A stretch of DNA of 64,000 nt from Amoebidium appalachense. Lineage: Eukaryota; Protista; Ichthyosporea. The notes under the pieces were generated by a model. That model made no database searches. It was not told the DNA's origin and saw nothing but the letters and a program-made list of their open reading frames with translations. The stretch lies in NCBI GenBank assembly GCA_963693365.1, contig CAVNZM010000009.1, positions 3,979,146 to 4,043,145 on the forward strand, written 5' to 3'. Below, piece after piece: positions 1 to 42,366 of this stretch (the first letter of the stretch is position 1; every line of letters begins with the position of its first letter). The translations under genes were made by a program, and so were the position numbers.

Positions 1-1261
1 ATTATACAGCTATGGACCTGGTACTGAGGTAGGAACAGCGCGGCTCCAGCACCATCGACGAAGAGTTCTCTTGAACGTTCGATTACGTAATTGCTTTCGC
101 GTTAGTCTAGGGGTCGATGAGCAATGAGTTTAGGTGGAAAGCAAGGCTCATGAGTGAATACCGTTAGAGCAAACAGCATAGCTATTTACAATAAAAATTA
201 TGCTATTAATTATTATATAGAAATTATTTTTTTAAGAACAAACCATTTGCCACAGCCAGCTGCCTAAGACATAATCACGCATCCCGATCATGATCATGAT
301 CACGCGCGCATGCGCATGATGTCAGAAACCGTGAAATCAATGGTACAGCCTTGCTGTTCTTCTATTTAGATGTAATTACGGCCCGTACAAAATAGTAAAA
401 CAGACCCCAAAAAGAGAAAGAGAGAGAAGAAGCTCCAGGCCCCTAAAGATCATCACCCATAAAAAAAATTGCAAAAAAGCCAATAACATTACAACTTCGA
501 AAGCACCGCCAGGAGGACCAATCACAAGCTAGCAGCCAGTGCCCGACTCCTTTGATTGGCTGACGTTTGTGGCCTGTGTGAAAGCAACGACCAGTACCAT
601 CCGCAAAGCCCCCCTCCGCCTAAACCCTGTCTTGTGTTGTTAACCGCACCACAAGTTGGAATATATATAAATAACGGATATAATTAAATAATACTCTAAC
701 GGTTTTGTGAGATTTCAGTTGAATAATATAGATGCTATAGGTAAATCTGTAGCCGGTTGCGATCTGCAGCCGTCTATAATTTTTACATCTCATGGTAATT
801 TCAAGCTTGCGGTTTGGGGGAGAGGGTTAGTGTCTAATCGTGTGAACAAAAAAACATCATCTTAACATTAACTTGTGGTGTGCTGTCCATCACTACAAGC
901 ATTAACTAAGTATGTCGACGGCAATAATAGACACTACAAAATGTCACCATTACAACGACGATATGATATACATATCGACAATATATTCGTAATAGTCTGC
1001 AATGACATTTTCAGGACATATCGATGATACAAGGGAACAACTTGTTAAATACATTAACAATGGACACACGTAAACTAACCTATTGCCAGTAACTGTTTAT
1101 TACATTGATACGGTGCAGTATTCTGCAACTGAAACCACCTCTATGACAGATACAACGGATTAAGACATTTCTGTGAGTGTGTGTGTGTATGTTGTGCGTG
1201 TGTTTTTCAAGGACAGGGGGGGGGGAAGGAAGGGGGGGGGGGAGGGAGGGAGGATATATAC

Positions 1262-1363
1262 TTGGTCCTGAGTTTGAGGTCTGGGTCAGTGCGCTTCAGG
1301 TTGCCGAAGTACACGACAGCTTCTTGAATCTCATTGTCAGTGACGTCCCCCCAGGAACTCTTC

Positions 1364-1412
<49 letters not shown>

Positions 1413-1765
1413 CCTTCTTGAGCGTGACGGCGATGGCCTTGATGAGGCGCTGGCCAGGGGGTCGTTCTGGATGTTCGCGCCGTACTTCATGAGCACCGTG
1501 GCGTACACTGTCACATACACCGGATCGGTCACGGGATGCTTCCTCAGCAGCTTTGCCTGCATTGAAAGGAAAATTTGAAAAAAAGGGTTAATAAGAAGGT
1601 TCCAATTTGTATGGAATAAAGATCCATTAAAGACATACACATGCGTTAATGATTTATTCTTTGAAGTGAAACAAGGAGTCAGATGGGTTTTGGGTATGCT
1701 ACAAAAGTCAGGTTGATCATGGCTCATACTTCTACTGCTGAAAGGGGTTGGCGGTGTGATGTAGT

Positions 1766-1818
<53 letters not shown>

Positions 1819-2081
1819 TAATAGGGTATACAACGTTAACAAGGAGAGACAATTTGATGGGCGATGGGTGATGGGGGGAAGGAGGGGGGTGAGGGCCTTA
1901 CCACTGTACTGTTCAGCTGCATAGTGGCGTCATCATCCGATGACTCGTAGTCGGTGGACTCGTCAGAATTCTTGACCTTGGTCTTCTTGCTGGGGCGCTT
2001 CCTCTCATCATCCGAGGAGGGCAAGCGCTTGGTGACAGAAGCTCTGGTGAATGACGAGATGGTGGCCCTCTTGGAAGGGAT
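1262..2081 (-). CDS. Possible exons of an unknown spliced protein-coding gene (partial, frame disrupted)
   Basis: Two GC3-rich segments bounded by AG/GT join in phase 0: 2081-1902 (IPSKRATISS...DDERKRPSKKTKVK...NSTV) and 1556-1262 (AKLLRKHPVTDPVY...). The second reads better after a shift in a C-run near 1457 (GQRLIKAIAVTLKKDP...EEFLGDVTDNEIQEAVVYFGNLKRTDP) and contains a ~46-nt homopolymer. No family recognised. Confidence 0.3.
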
Positions 2082-3311
2082 CTACTATGTCTTCAGCGAG
2101 CGCCAACAATTGAATTCTAACCCTTCGATATGCCTTCTGGCAACAGCTATGTGTTTTTCGATGGCCGAACTTTTCAAACAGAGGCGTCAACTCTGCCTCA
2201 TTATAGCTGTTGATATGCCCCTCCACCATATGATGCACAAAGGTGGTGCACCGGCCTAGGTTGATATTTCCCTTAAACATACTTGTATTTGTAAGTGATA
2301 AGCTATGTTCGATATAAAGGCTTTTAAAATGCACTGAGCATATGGTTAAGGAAGAGCACAGCCGCTGTTTCGGCCCGGTTGAGATCATTATGGTGTCAAG
2401 CGAATGATCATGAGTAGGTTTTTTTTTTAAAAAAAAAAATAGGTAGAAGCGTCAACGCACGGACCCAGGCTGAGCCAACGTTGGTTTTCACGGAGTGGGC
2501 CGCAGCAGCTGCCAGCTGCCAGCTTTTGCACAAGCTGCAGCTGGCCGCCCAAATAGATGATTGTGCCGAAACACCAATCATATTTCAGAATATATAAATG
2601 CCTTGTATAGCTACTGATATATGACGAATCATACTACGAGGCTATTATATTGGACACATAATAGCCAAATACGGATCGTTATTTGCTGTTGTCAGCGAAT
2701 AGAATGAATCTTATCTCAAGTTATCCCAGCCGCTTAGCTTCGGGAACAACAACAGATCGAGATACATTTGTACAACACGTAGGGCTCCCTTTCTCGTATC
2801 CGATCTACTATGAGTTTCGCTACTCTGAGTTGTGTTGTATGGACTTCATTAGGCTATACGACTGTACTACAGTACTGTGTTTCGACCATTCGAGTCGTCC
2901 ATTTTCGACCACCCACCATGAATGATCTAATAATTATAAAGCCACGTTTGAATGTGCAACAGTAAGCTGTGTTGAAACCCCTGGTTTCTGAACTACATTC
3001 CCTTGTGTGAGCCCAATGCTCCTAGGCGCACTTAGATTCATGCACTAAAGCTGCAGGTTGCATCTTGCCCAAAGCTGAGCAATGGACCAGTCTACATGTT
3101 CAGGTTGCACAGTTACTTGTTCTCGTCTACTGCTCTCTTTTTCTAAGCTGATTGAAACGACATGCTACAAGTTGAGACCACGTCCTGTCTGCAATGGCCT
3201 ATCGCATTGCCATGGATGCCCTGAGAGTCCGGTCAACCTGCTTGTTATGCCCTGTGAACACAAACACGCACACATGCACATGCACACGCCACACACGCAC
3301 ACGCACACGCA

Positions 3312-3346
<35 letters not shown>

Positions 3347-3377
3347 GCACACACACACACACATACACACACACACA

Positions 3378-4610
<1,233 letters not shown>

Positions 4611-4811
4611 GCTGTCCATCTCATTCGCCATCTTAGCTTGGAACACAAAACCGCTTCCCCTTTTCTAACACACACATACACACATTGATACATCCACGTA
4701 CATACAAACAGACACATACACACGTGCTGGCCACGCGCACACACGCAGAATGTCCAATGGTTGACCCGGAGAGTTTGTCTGTGTATGTGGGTGTGTTTGT
4801 GGGGTGTTTGC

Positions 4812-4859
<48 letters not shown>

Positions 4860-5740
4860 GGGGGAGGGAGGGCAGGTGGGGACACTATGGAGAGATACAG
4901 GATGGGGGGGGGTCATATGAGAGACGGTGAAAATTGGGGGGAACTGGGGGGCTGGAGGAAGGGATAGGATAGGAGCGTAACACAGTGCGAAGCCTCTTTT
5001 CTGTTCTTTCTTTTTTTTTTTTTTTTGGAGGATTCCGAAGGGAGGGGGAGGGGGGAGAAGGAGGGGAGTGTACAGGAATTGCGGGGAGGGGGGAAGGGGG
5101 GGCAGATTGTCGGGGTGATACATTTTTGTTTTTTAAGGACCTTTTTTTTTTGGGTGGGGGGGGGGAGGAGGGGGTAGGCACAGCTGGGGGCAACCAGGAT
5201 GTGACAGGGAGAAGGCAATGCGGGCGGGGAGAGGGGGGGGGGGGGGGGGGGGGGGGTGGGGGGGGGGCTTGGGGTTGGCAAAGGGTGGTAGGTAAGAAAT
5301 GGTATGGGCACGTGGGGAGAGGGGAGTCAACGTGATGGTTGTAAGTTGGGGAGGAGGGGCATGGATGAAGAGGGGCAAGTGGGAGGGGTTTAACACCTTT
5401 AATCTAATTGTTGCACCCATGTGTAACACACACACACATACACACGCACACATACACACACACACATGCACACACACACACACACACACAAACACACACA
5501 CGCAAACACCGTGACACCACACACACATACACACACACACACACACATACACACACACACACACACACAGTACACCACACAGACACACACACAGACACAC
5601 ACACACACACACGCACGCACACACACACACACACACACACACCGTGACACCACACACACACACACCTGGAGACAGGCTCTGGGCCAGCACAGGCATACAT
5701 CGAAATGCACGCACACACAACCACACACACGCGCGTACGC

Positions 5741-5880
5741 GCATGCACACCTGTGTACAAATACAACAGCCACAAGCGTTTTTACTAATTCACTCAACAT
5801 TATATAACTCAATTCTTCTCTGACACAAATACCATCATGCTTTCAAGGGTGTGTGCTTGTCAGCACTTACAGCTTCACCA

Positions 5881-5932
<52 letters not shown>

Positions 5933-6478
5933 GGGGGCTGTTCCTGGGGAATGGCCTCTGCAACACTTTGCATAATCTTTGTGTGTGCTTTACGATAGCA
6001 TAAATTGCATTTGTTGTCCATCGTGATTGTGCACTTTGCACTCTGTAACACCAAAAATAGGCAACATGTACACAGCTGTGTTGGGGGAGGGGGGAGGGGG
6101 GAGGATTCGACTATCTCAGGTGGTAAAGAGGAGGTGAGGATGGGGGGGGGGGGGGGGGGGGGGGGGGGAAGGATCATGAAAGTCGGCATTTCGTGTCGAT
6201 ATCAGGCGGCAAGGAATTACGATTACAGCCATACAGTAATTGTACTCGAAGCGCTGATTGAAAATAGGCCTAATGAGAGGTGTTTCTGATTTGTAGATAG
6301 ACCTGGTTAATCATGGGGATTTGTGATCTTAAGATCGAGCATGCACACCTGTGTACAAATACAACAGCCACAAGCAATTTTACTAATTCACTCAACATTA
6401 TATAACTCAATTCTTGTCTGACACAAATACCACCATGCTTTCAAGGGTGTGTGCTTGTCAGCACTTACAGCTTCACCA

Positions 6479-6512
<34 letters not shown>

Positions 6513-6547
6513 GGGGCTGTTCCTGGGGAATGGCCTCTGCAACACTT
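5741..6547. repeat. Direct repeat pair of ~210-230 bp
   Basis: 5741-5968 and 6339-6547 both read GCATGCACACCTGTGTACAAATAC...(C)n GGGGGGCTGTTCCTGGGGAATGGCCTCTGCAACACTT, with few substitutions and different C-run length. Confidence 0.9.
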
Positions 6548-6859
6548 CGCCAATGGGGGGGGGGGGGGGGGGGGGGGGGGGGTTCTAGTTGGTAGGTAGA
6601 GTCTGACCTAATTGGGGGTTTCGAATTTGTAGCTGTAGGCTGATGAGGGGATTTCTGGTTGTAGATAGAACTAATCTACAAGGCGGTTTTCTGTTTTGTA
6701 GATAGACCCGGTAACAGGCGGATTTTCTGATTTGTAGATCTAGATAGACCTAATGGGGAGTTTTCTGATTTGTGGATATCGATAACCCTAATGAGGGGTT
6801 TTGATTGGTAGGTAGACGTAATATGCATATGGTGGGGTAGACGTAATATGTGGGTGGGT

Positions 6860-6898
<39 letters not shown>

Positions 6899-7030
6899 TA
6901 GGCCTCATTTGGGGGAGGGGGGGGGGGGGGGGATGATCTAATTATATTAGATATAGATATTCATCTGAGAAAGACTCTTCGCTAATTGGCCCAGGTGCAT
7001 TTCTAATTTGTAGATAGACCGAACGAGGGG
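6267..7030. repeat. Degenerate ~30-nt minisatellite, consensus about TTTCTGATTTGTAGATAGACCTAATGAGGGG
   Basis: Units at ~6267-6320, several at ~6600-6850 and one at ~6997-7030; the array is interrupted by the second copy of the 5741/6339 repeat. Confidence 0.7.
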
Positions 7031-7152
7031 CCTCTTGGTGCATAGAGAGATCCTATGAGGGCCCCGGGAAGGGGGGGGGGGGGGGGGGGGGGGGGGGGAG
7101 GGGAAATAACCCCGCGGATGAACCGTCACGCGCAATCGTTCCGAGTCCCAGG

Positions 7153-7473
7153 GTGGCACGGGTATTGAACATCGACAGACAATCAGCTATCATCCGTCAT
7201 TATGATAGGGTGCTAGACCGATTTGTTGGCTGGTGTAAGACTACCCGGGGTATCGACCGGTGCGAAAATGTCTGGGTTATTGATGAGCTTCTAAGCAGTT
7301 ATGCTGCAGAGCTGTATCATGATCCAAGACCTTCACGGCTGCACAATGGGCTGGCCCACTGTCGAACGGTTTTGGCGGCCATTCACCACTTCTATCCAAG
7401 ATACTATATGGATGCGTTTGTCAGAACCGAGGATGCACTCAGTGTGTGGGAATCAGAATTACTCCAGTGCTAA
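7153..7473 (+). mobile_element. Fragment resembling the N-terminal core-binding domain of a tyrosine recombinase (DIRS/Ngaro/Crypton-type)
   Basis: Intronless 106-aa ORF with pattern Y-x-R-x-L-x-x-F-x-x-WC...D-x-LL-x-x-Y...LY...G...VLAAI-x-H...L-x-x-W, similar by eye to YR N-terminal domains. It stops before any catalytic R-H-R-Y domain. Confidence 0.45.
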
Positions 7474-7586
7474 TTATTATTTTCCTACACATACGGCCAA
7501 GCCCGGGTGAGTACACTGTAGAGCTCTGAAACACAAAGGAATTCACAAAGCTTTAAAACTATCACAAAAGCAAGTTAGGTAGATTT

Positions 7587-8357
7587 GGATAGATGAAGGG
7601 GTGTCCTTGGCCATTGCGCGTTAGGGACACTGTTTCCTTCTTTAGGGTAGGCACACACACACACACGTACGTGCACTTACATGCACGTACACACACCATA
7701 GTTTTCATGGTTCGTTAGATGTCCATCAACAGTTATTCATAATATTCTTTTAGAGTATTTATTTTATTTTCAAAATAATAAACTTCCGTACTTGCCTCTG
7801 ATTTCATGTCCATGAGTCTCGGGGAGCCACGACGGTAGCAAGAAATGGTCTTGCCTCCGGCATGTGGTTTTCAAGCGGGAGGAGGCAGCGGTGAGAGACG
7901 AAGATCCACCGAGTGGCATTGCGGTGAGGTGATTGGTTATTTGTCATGCATTGTTGTGTTTGATTGCTGGTTTCCATATATAGTTAGTGTGGTTCGGTTT
8001 TGATTGCATGTTCTGATCTAATCAGATTTTAAAGCATTTGATTGGTTTCTTCAGTCTGGCTTCAAATTCCAAATGCATCGTGGGAACGGGTATAAAAAGG
8101 AGTACATGTCGTTTGGATTTCAGTCTTTGGTTTTCGTTTTAGCGTTTGTGTGAGTGTCTGGCATCAGAGGTAAAAGGGATTTGTAGAGTTAGTTGGTTGA
8201 ACTAAGTTTGGTGGTGCTAGTGTAAAAGCGCACAAACTAGTTGCCTTAGCTAGCTGTCCTGTTGATTTCCCCGCCCTCCCAGCCCTGTTGTGGGGATAGA
8301 TGAAGGGGTGTCCTTGGCCATTGCGCGTTAGGGACACTGTTTCCTTCTTTAGGGTAG

Positions 8358-8433
<76 letters not shown>

Positions 8434-8631
8434 CCGTACGTGCACTTACATGCACGTACACACACCATAGTTTTCATGGTTCGTTAGATGTCCATCAACA
8501 GTTATTCATATTATTCTTTTAGAGTATTTATTTTATTTTCAAAATAATAAACTTCCGTACTTGCCTCTGATTTCATGTCCATGAGTCTCGGGGAGCCACG
8601 ACGGTAGCAAGAAATGGTCTTGCCTCCGGCA
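7587..8631. repeat. Near-identical direct repeats (7587-7862 and 8294-8631) flanking a ~430 bp unique core
   Basis: Both run GGATAGATGAAGGGGTGTCCTTGGCC...CTTGCCTCCGGCA and differ mainly in (CA)n length. Confidence 0.9.
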
Positions 8632-8713
8632 AATCAAACATCTGAACAGTACACTTTTAGCATTCCATTGATGAAACGTAAATGCGATCGAGCGAGCATA
8701 TCTTGCGTGTTTA

Positions 8714-8845
8714 GGCGTGTTTGGCGCGCCATAATCGTATTATTGCCCCTAAATATGCATACCTCAAAATAATTGATTGAATACGATTAATCGTCTTTTC
8801 GCACAATAATACGAATACAATTATTTTCGGCTGCCAAACACGCCC
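8714..8845. mobile_element. Tourist/PIF-Harbinger-like MITE
   Basis: Perfect 12-bp inverted repeats GGCGTGTTTGGC (8714-8725) and GCCAAACACGCC (8833-8844); subterminal inverted pair TCGTATTATTG/CAATAATACGA; flanks TTA and TAA; AT-rich core. Confidence 0.6.
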
Positions 8846-8904
8846 TAATAGAAGAGGAATCGAGTAACCCAACCCAGCTTCGATTTCAAAATATTGCCAC
8901 GCCA

Positions 8905-13720
<4,816 letters not shown>

Positions 13721-14635
13721 ACTTTCGTTCGCAAATCTCTCAGACACGATATAATGGTTTCGGAGAGCTGATTGCGCCGATGGATATCACGAATGGGCAC
13801 ATGGCCACTGGTAACGAATAGGATGCACCGGTCGGCAGTTTGTTGGTTTAAACTTAGTGACACTTTCAGCGTGGTCCGCCCCCAAACAAAAAGAAAGGGA
13901 AAACTTTTGGGGAAAAAAAAAGAAGGACAAAAAAAACGAAAGAAAGAAAGAAAAGAAAAAACTTCCGAAAAAAGGCGTCCGTGGGTGCGTAAGCTGATTG
14001 GGTCCAAAAGCACCACTGCTATTTCCAAATATGGCTATAGCGCAAACTACTAAATATGACTATATCGCGAAGCATCCGGGTCAGGGTTTAGAAATATTCA
14101 ACTGGAACGGACCCCCCCTCAGGATCCGGCCTCCTCCCGCGGAAAAAAAAAACAAGAACATTCATGCCAGGCTAAAGACACATGAGAACATCGTTCTTCG
14201 TTTGACCTTGAATAGAGTGTGGAGGGACACACGGGAGCCAGGGGGAGAGGGGAGAGGACTCAGAAGAGATGGGAGGGCGCTTGGGCGCCGGGTGCATTCG
14301 AACCCTGGTCCTAGCCAAGACAACCAAGAGGAGCCGGTGCCAGCGCTTGAATGCATGCTCAACGAAAACACGTGCACCTGTTTCATGTCACGCGTACACG
14401 GTGTATTTAGAGGAGAGCCTTGTAAGTTCTGATAGTTGTTGTTGAACTTTGACAGGAGAATCCCAATGTTAGTGGTTGCCCATGTGCCTACAGCACGGCA
14501 GCATTAGCCTACACCATTACATGCTTGTTTAGCGTTCAAGCATACGACTGTTGGGGGAAAGACTCGCAGGTTCTGGTATTCAGATCTTTTTCGGCTAGGG
14601 GTTGATCCTTGAAGTTTTCAAACAGCTCGGTAGAG

Positions 14636-18897
<4,262 letters not shown>

Positions 18898-19568
18898 TGT
18901 TGAATATTTTTTATGTCACCAGGCATGCGATTATCTTTACATTGTTTTTTATTTTTTTTGCCTTTCTTGCATTATTATTTTTTCCCTCGTCTATTGCAAT
19001 TGTTTGGTTTTTGCTTTTGTTTTTTCTGTAGATATCATTTTGTTTATCCCCAGTGTTCCTTGTTATTGTAACGTCTTGGAATGTTGGTGAAGAATTTGAA
19101 CGAAGAAATTCGAAGCGATTCAAAAGCAATATTCGGCAAGTATTCAAAGGAGGAAATTCAAAAAAAAAACGTTTTTACGAAGGGGGGCCCTACGTATACA
19201 TATGGTCGTAACGAGTTGCCGTTTTCTTCTTGTGCGAAGGCTTTACAGCGGAGATATCGATGTAACAAAATCAACGTTTACAGATATGTATACCCTACAC
19301 CAAACAACACACCACACCACTTTAAACGAACATGCCCCCAAAAAATGTGGTTTACTTTCAGCGTGTATTCCGCCGGACATACACATCCGGTTTACCCGGG
19401 CCCATACACAACATGCCACAGTGAAAGACCTACCGAATTTTACAGTGCTTGATTGTATACTTAACTCTGGCGAGTTTCTACTGTTCCAACAGTGTATGGA
19501 TTACCTGGACAAATATGCAATACAGTCTCAGAATACGGACTAAGGTGTATCTAAAAACAAAACGAAAA

Positions 19569-19605
<37 letters not shown>

Positions 19606-19725
19606 AGGTCTCCACAGACGATGTATCATATGCATCTGAGTCTTGTACGTGATTTCTCCACATATATCTACCATTTGTACATGTATGATGTAAGTGTAAC
19701 GTCAATTCTTACATGTATATCTTGT

Positions 19726-19787
19726 TGGGTGGAAGTACTGTTGGCCTTGGTGCCGACAACTCCTCACAGCTCACCTACATGTCGTTA
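19726..19787. repeat. Dispersed ~62 bp repeat, copy 1
   Basis: TGGGTGGAAGTACTG(T/C)TGGCCTTGGTGCCGACAACTC..ACAGCTCACCTACATGTCGTTA also occurs at 44345-44406. Confidence 0.85.
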
Positions 19788-20076
19788 AGGACAAAGGGTT
19801 CAAAACTAAATTTCCTCATATACCATATATGGTATATGAGACTATTGGTCCGTTATATCCCCACCAATCAAATTGAGTGCGGCCATGAACCATGCATGTG
19901 CATAACGGCAGATCGTAATCCCCCATACTCCCTAACTCCCGATACTCAGTGGGGGCCGATAATCCTACATGTACATATGAAATTTGATCAATTACATAGT
20001 GAAATTTCAAAATGAACCCTTTGTCCTTAATGAACAGCACATCCCCCCCTTCCCCCCCCTCCCCCCCTCCCCCTCC

Positions 20077-20107
<31 letters not shown>

Positions 20108-20412
20108 CCCGTGATGATACACACACACGTACACACACACATGCACACACACACACACACACACACACACACCATACCGAAGTTGGGCGGAAATCTCAAT
20201 AATAATATTGTAACGGGACCGGGGAACTTCAAGGAGGGGAGAGGGAAAGGGGGGGCCGCTGTGCACAATGCAAAAAAGAGTGCAGCAAATATATAATGCT
20301 TCCTTTCTAGGCTATGATTGACTTGAATTCCTATTAAAATTTCGTTACCAGGCGAAAAACGTCAATGTGTGTGTGTGTGCGCGCGCGCGTGTGCGTGTGC
20401 GTGTGCCTGTGC

Positions 20413-20450
<38 letters not shown>

Positions 20451-20617
20451 GTGTTCTCGGGCGCCTACAGTAACTGCCTCCCCATTCGCATTTTACGCCT
20501 TCGAGCAATGGGTGTCTCCCAATGAACATTTTAATTACAAGTGACCGGCACATGACATGAGATCCATCTACAAATTCTTCGACATTATGAAACATTTAAA
20601 CATTCATTCATTTACGT

Positions 20618-20656
<39 letters not shown>

Positions 20657-20671
20657 CCCCCACCACCACCA

Positions 20672-20703
<32 letters not shown>

Positions 20704-20736
20704 GCCACCCACCCACATAGGGCACATACCCCCCCC

Positions 20737-20855
<119 letters not shown>

Positions 20856-21029
20856 TTCCGTCAACCTCATTCAAACATTTACATTGTGTACCTATCAGCT
20901 ACGATAACGACACCATTTCAATTCAAAAGGACAAACAAAGAGTTTCAAAATTAAAGAATCAACTACTACAATTCCCCCTCCCCCCCCCCAAAAAAAAAGA
21001 AAAAGTGCTGGTATCCATTCGTTGAAATC

Positions 21030-31504
<10,475 letters not shown>

Positions 31505-33596
31505 GTTTTCTAATCTCGAAGGTGAAATTACCCTATACAGAAATGAACTGAAAGGTGGTGGTCGTGCTAGATCAGCTAAGCAACTTATATTATGGGGGGG
31601 AAAAAAAGAAAAACATCAAAACAACCAAAAATGTTGCTGTATGCCTCGTTCTTATCCTCGTTTTGTGAGTAGGCCTATGTCCTGAGCTCTTGTCAACGTT
31701 AATCTCCGTGTTGCTGAACAGCGATCATAGATCTGATCTTACATTAACACACATAACTCTATATTCATATCCAAAAAGAAGCTTCTCGCTTTTTGGCCAT
31801 ACACCCGAGTGTCGTGTTCACATAAGTGACCCTGTGGATCATGTACACATCCACGTGTACGTGTACATTTGCACGTGCACGTGTGAAAAACGTGAAATGG
31901 TGTCGGGGAACATGGTACCGGTGGTGCATGCGACTGCGCACCACTTGGTGTCAGACAATGTGCTTACGTAACTCGGCACGATAATCGATTATTATTGGCG
32001 AAGAGAGCATTATGGTGCTTTCGTATCCAATCATAATGCAATTCTAAGAGCGACAGTTTCACACGGAACTTGAACACGAAACGGATCCGAAAGCACCTCC
32101 GAGCTCGTCCGTTGCTCCTGAGACCTCGCCGAAAACTAAACTGTTAGCTGCCTGAAGGCAAAATGAGTTTCTGTGAAGCCTGTGCGGTTCCCTTCTTCTG
32201 CGACGCCAACGGGCAGATGTTACCCAATGGCACGTCAGTGCTGGCTACATCCGATCCCTCCCAACCTGCAGCCAACTCGCGTTTCACCTCCGTTCCTCCT
32301 TCCCTCCTCCCTTGCCTGCTTACCTACCCATCCACTACTACAGTAACCCATGAAACCAAAACCTGCACCTCCACAAATCACTCCCCGGCACTCTTGTTGG
32401 TTCCAGGTCGAGTTCTCGTACTCTACCTGCTTCAGCCGTTCGTAGTGCTGATTGGCGCTTCCTTGTTGTGATTTTTCTTGGCAACCCCTCAATGAGGTCT
32501 AAAAAAACCCGTGTTTATTTTAGATGTACAGTGCCGATCCCCAAGCAATGTATATCGGCGGCACTCCCAAGCTTCGTGCACGTGAACGTCGTGCATCTTG
32601 TACATGTAACATAGACCCACATCTACACGTGTGCATGCTCAAATGTGCATGCTCTCCGTGCACAAAAGAAAAACTCACAAGGGGTCGGACACCTTTGCAT
32701 CTACTTGCATACACAGGCACTTAAATTTCGTATGCATGGTTGTGTATTTAACAGCTACAGATGATATTAGCTTACATATCTTAATACCATCGCAACAAGA
32801 TCAGCAGTGCACAAGCTCATGTGATCACGTCCAACAGTCGCATGGAAGTCATATATCACGCACGAAAACGCCAAACAAGAGCACTCGTGATCAGACATGC
32901 GCCTTGTCACACCAACACGCGCATTCGGTGTATGCTGGCACTACATTTTCGAGCCCTACGTAGTTACCCCAAAGGCCTAAAGTGTCCTCCGTTTAGAAGA
33001 CCCAATCGTAAGTTCGTAGGTACCCCGTCCTCGCCCTTCCGAGCCTTCAAGGGCCTCGAGGGCCTAGCACAACACCAACAAAGGTTTCAAACTTTCGTGC
33101 GCGCGTTGGAACAAAACAGTCTCGCATATGGTATGCACATGCCCAAAACATTCCTTTTTTGGTAGGAGATTTAGCCAATGAATCGAGCGTGGCTTGAGGG
33201 GCAAAATATTCGCCTCTCACAACTCTCTGACCAATGTATCTCAGCTAGTACTATTAGCTAAACATTTTTCAAACTGGACACCTTGGACGCTTTGCGAAAC
33301 AAATAAGAATATTTTTTTTAAAAAAATCTATATTTTTTTAAATTTTTTTGGATCAACCCATAAATAATTGAAAAAGAGGCTTCTTTTCTATGCTTGTTCT
33401 TGTGTTGTGTCACGTTTCTGTAAGCTTTGTTTTGTTTTTACACGACTCCAGAGTCCAGTTCCACTTCCAGTTCCATCTTAATGAAGATCTCTTTGACGAT
33501 GCAGTTTTTTTGTCTGGCAGTGTTTTCTTAGGGCATCAACAAGTTGATAGCACAAACAGAAAACACGTTTTCTGAATTCATAGGATCCTCCAAGAA

Positions 33597-42366
<8,770 letters not shown>

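Noticed and set aside
13998-14432. 144-aa ORF between the divergent genes
   Set aside because: No recognisable motifs; lies in the probable promoter/5' UTR of the mtTFB gene.
19081-19543. Overlapping 113-123 aa ORFs after the mtTFB stop
   Set aside because: No domain signal or splice support; probably 3' flank.
32163-33165. Short ORFs in the WDR89/PRCP intergenic region
   Set aside because: No homology recognisable by eye and no consistent exon structure.
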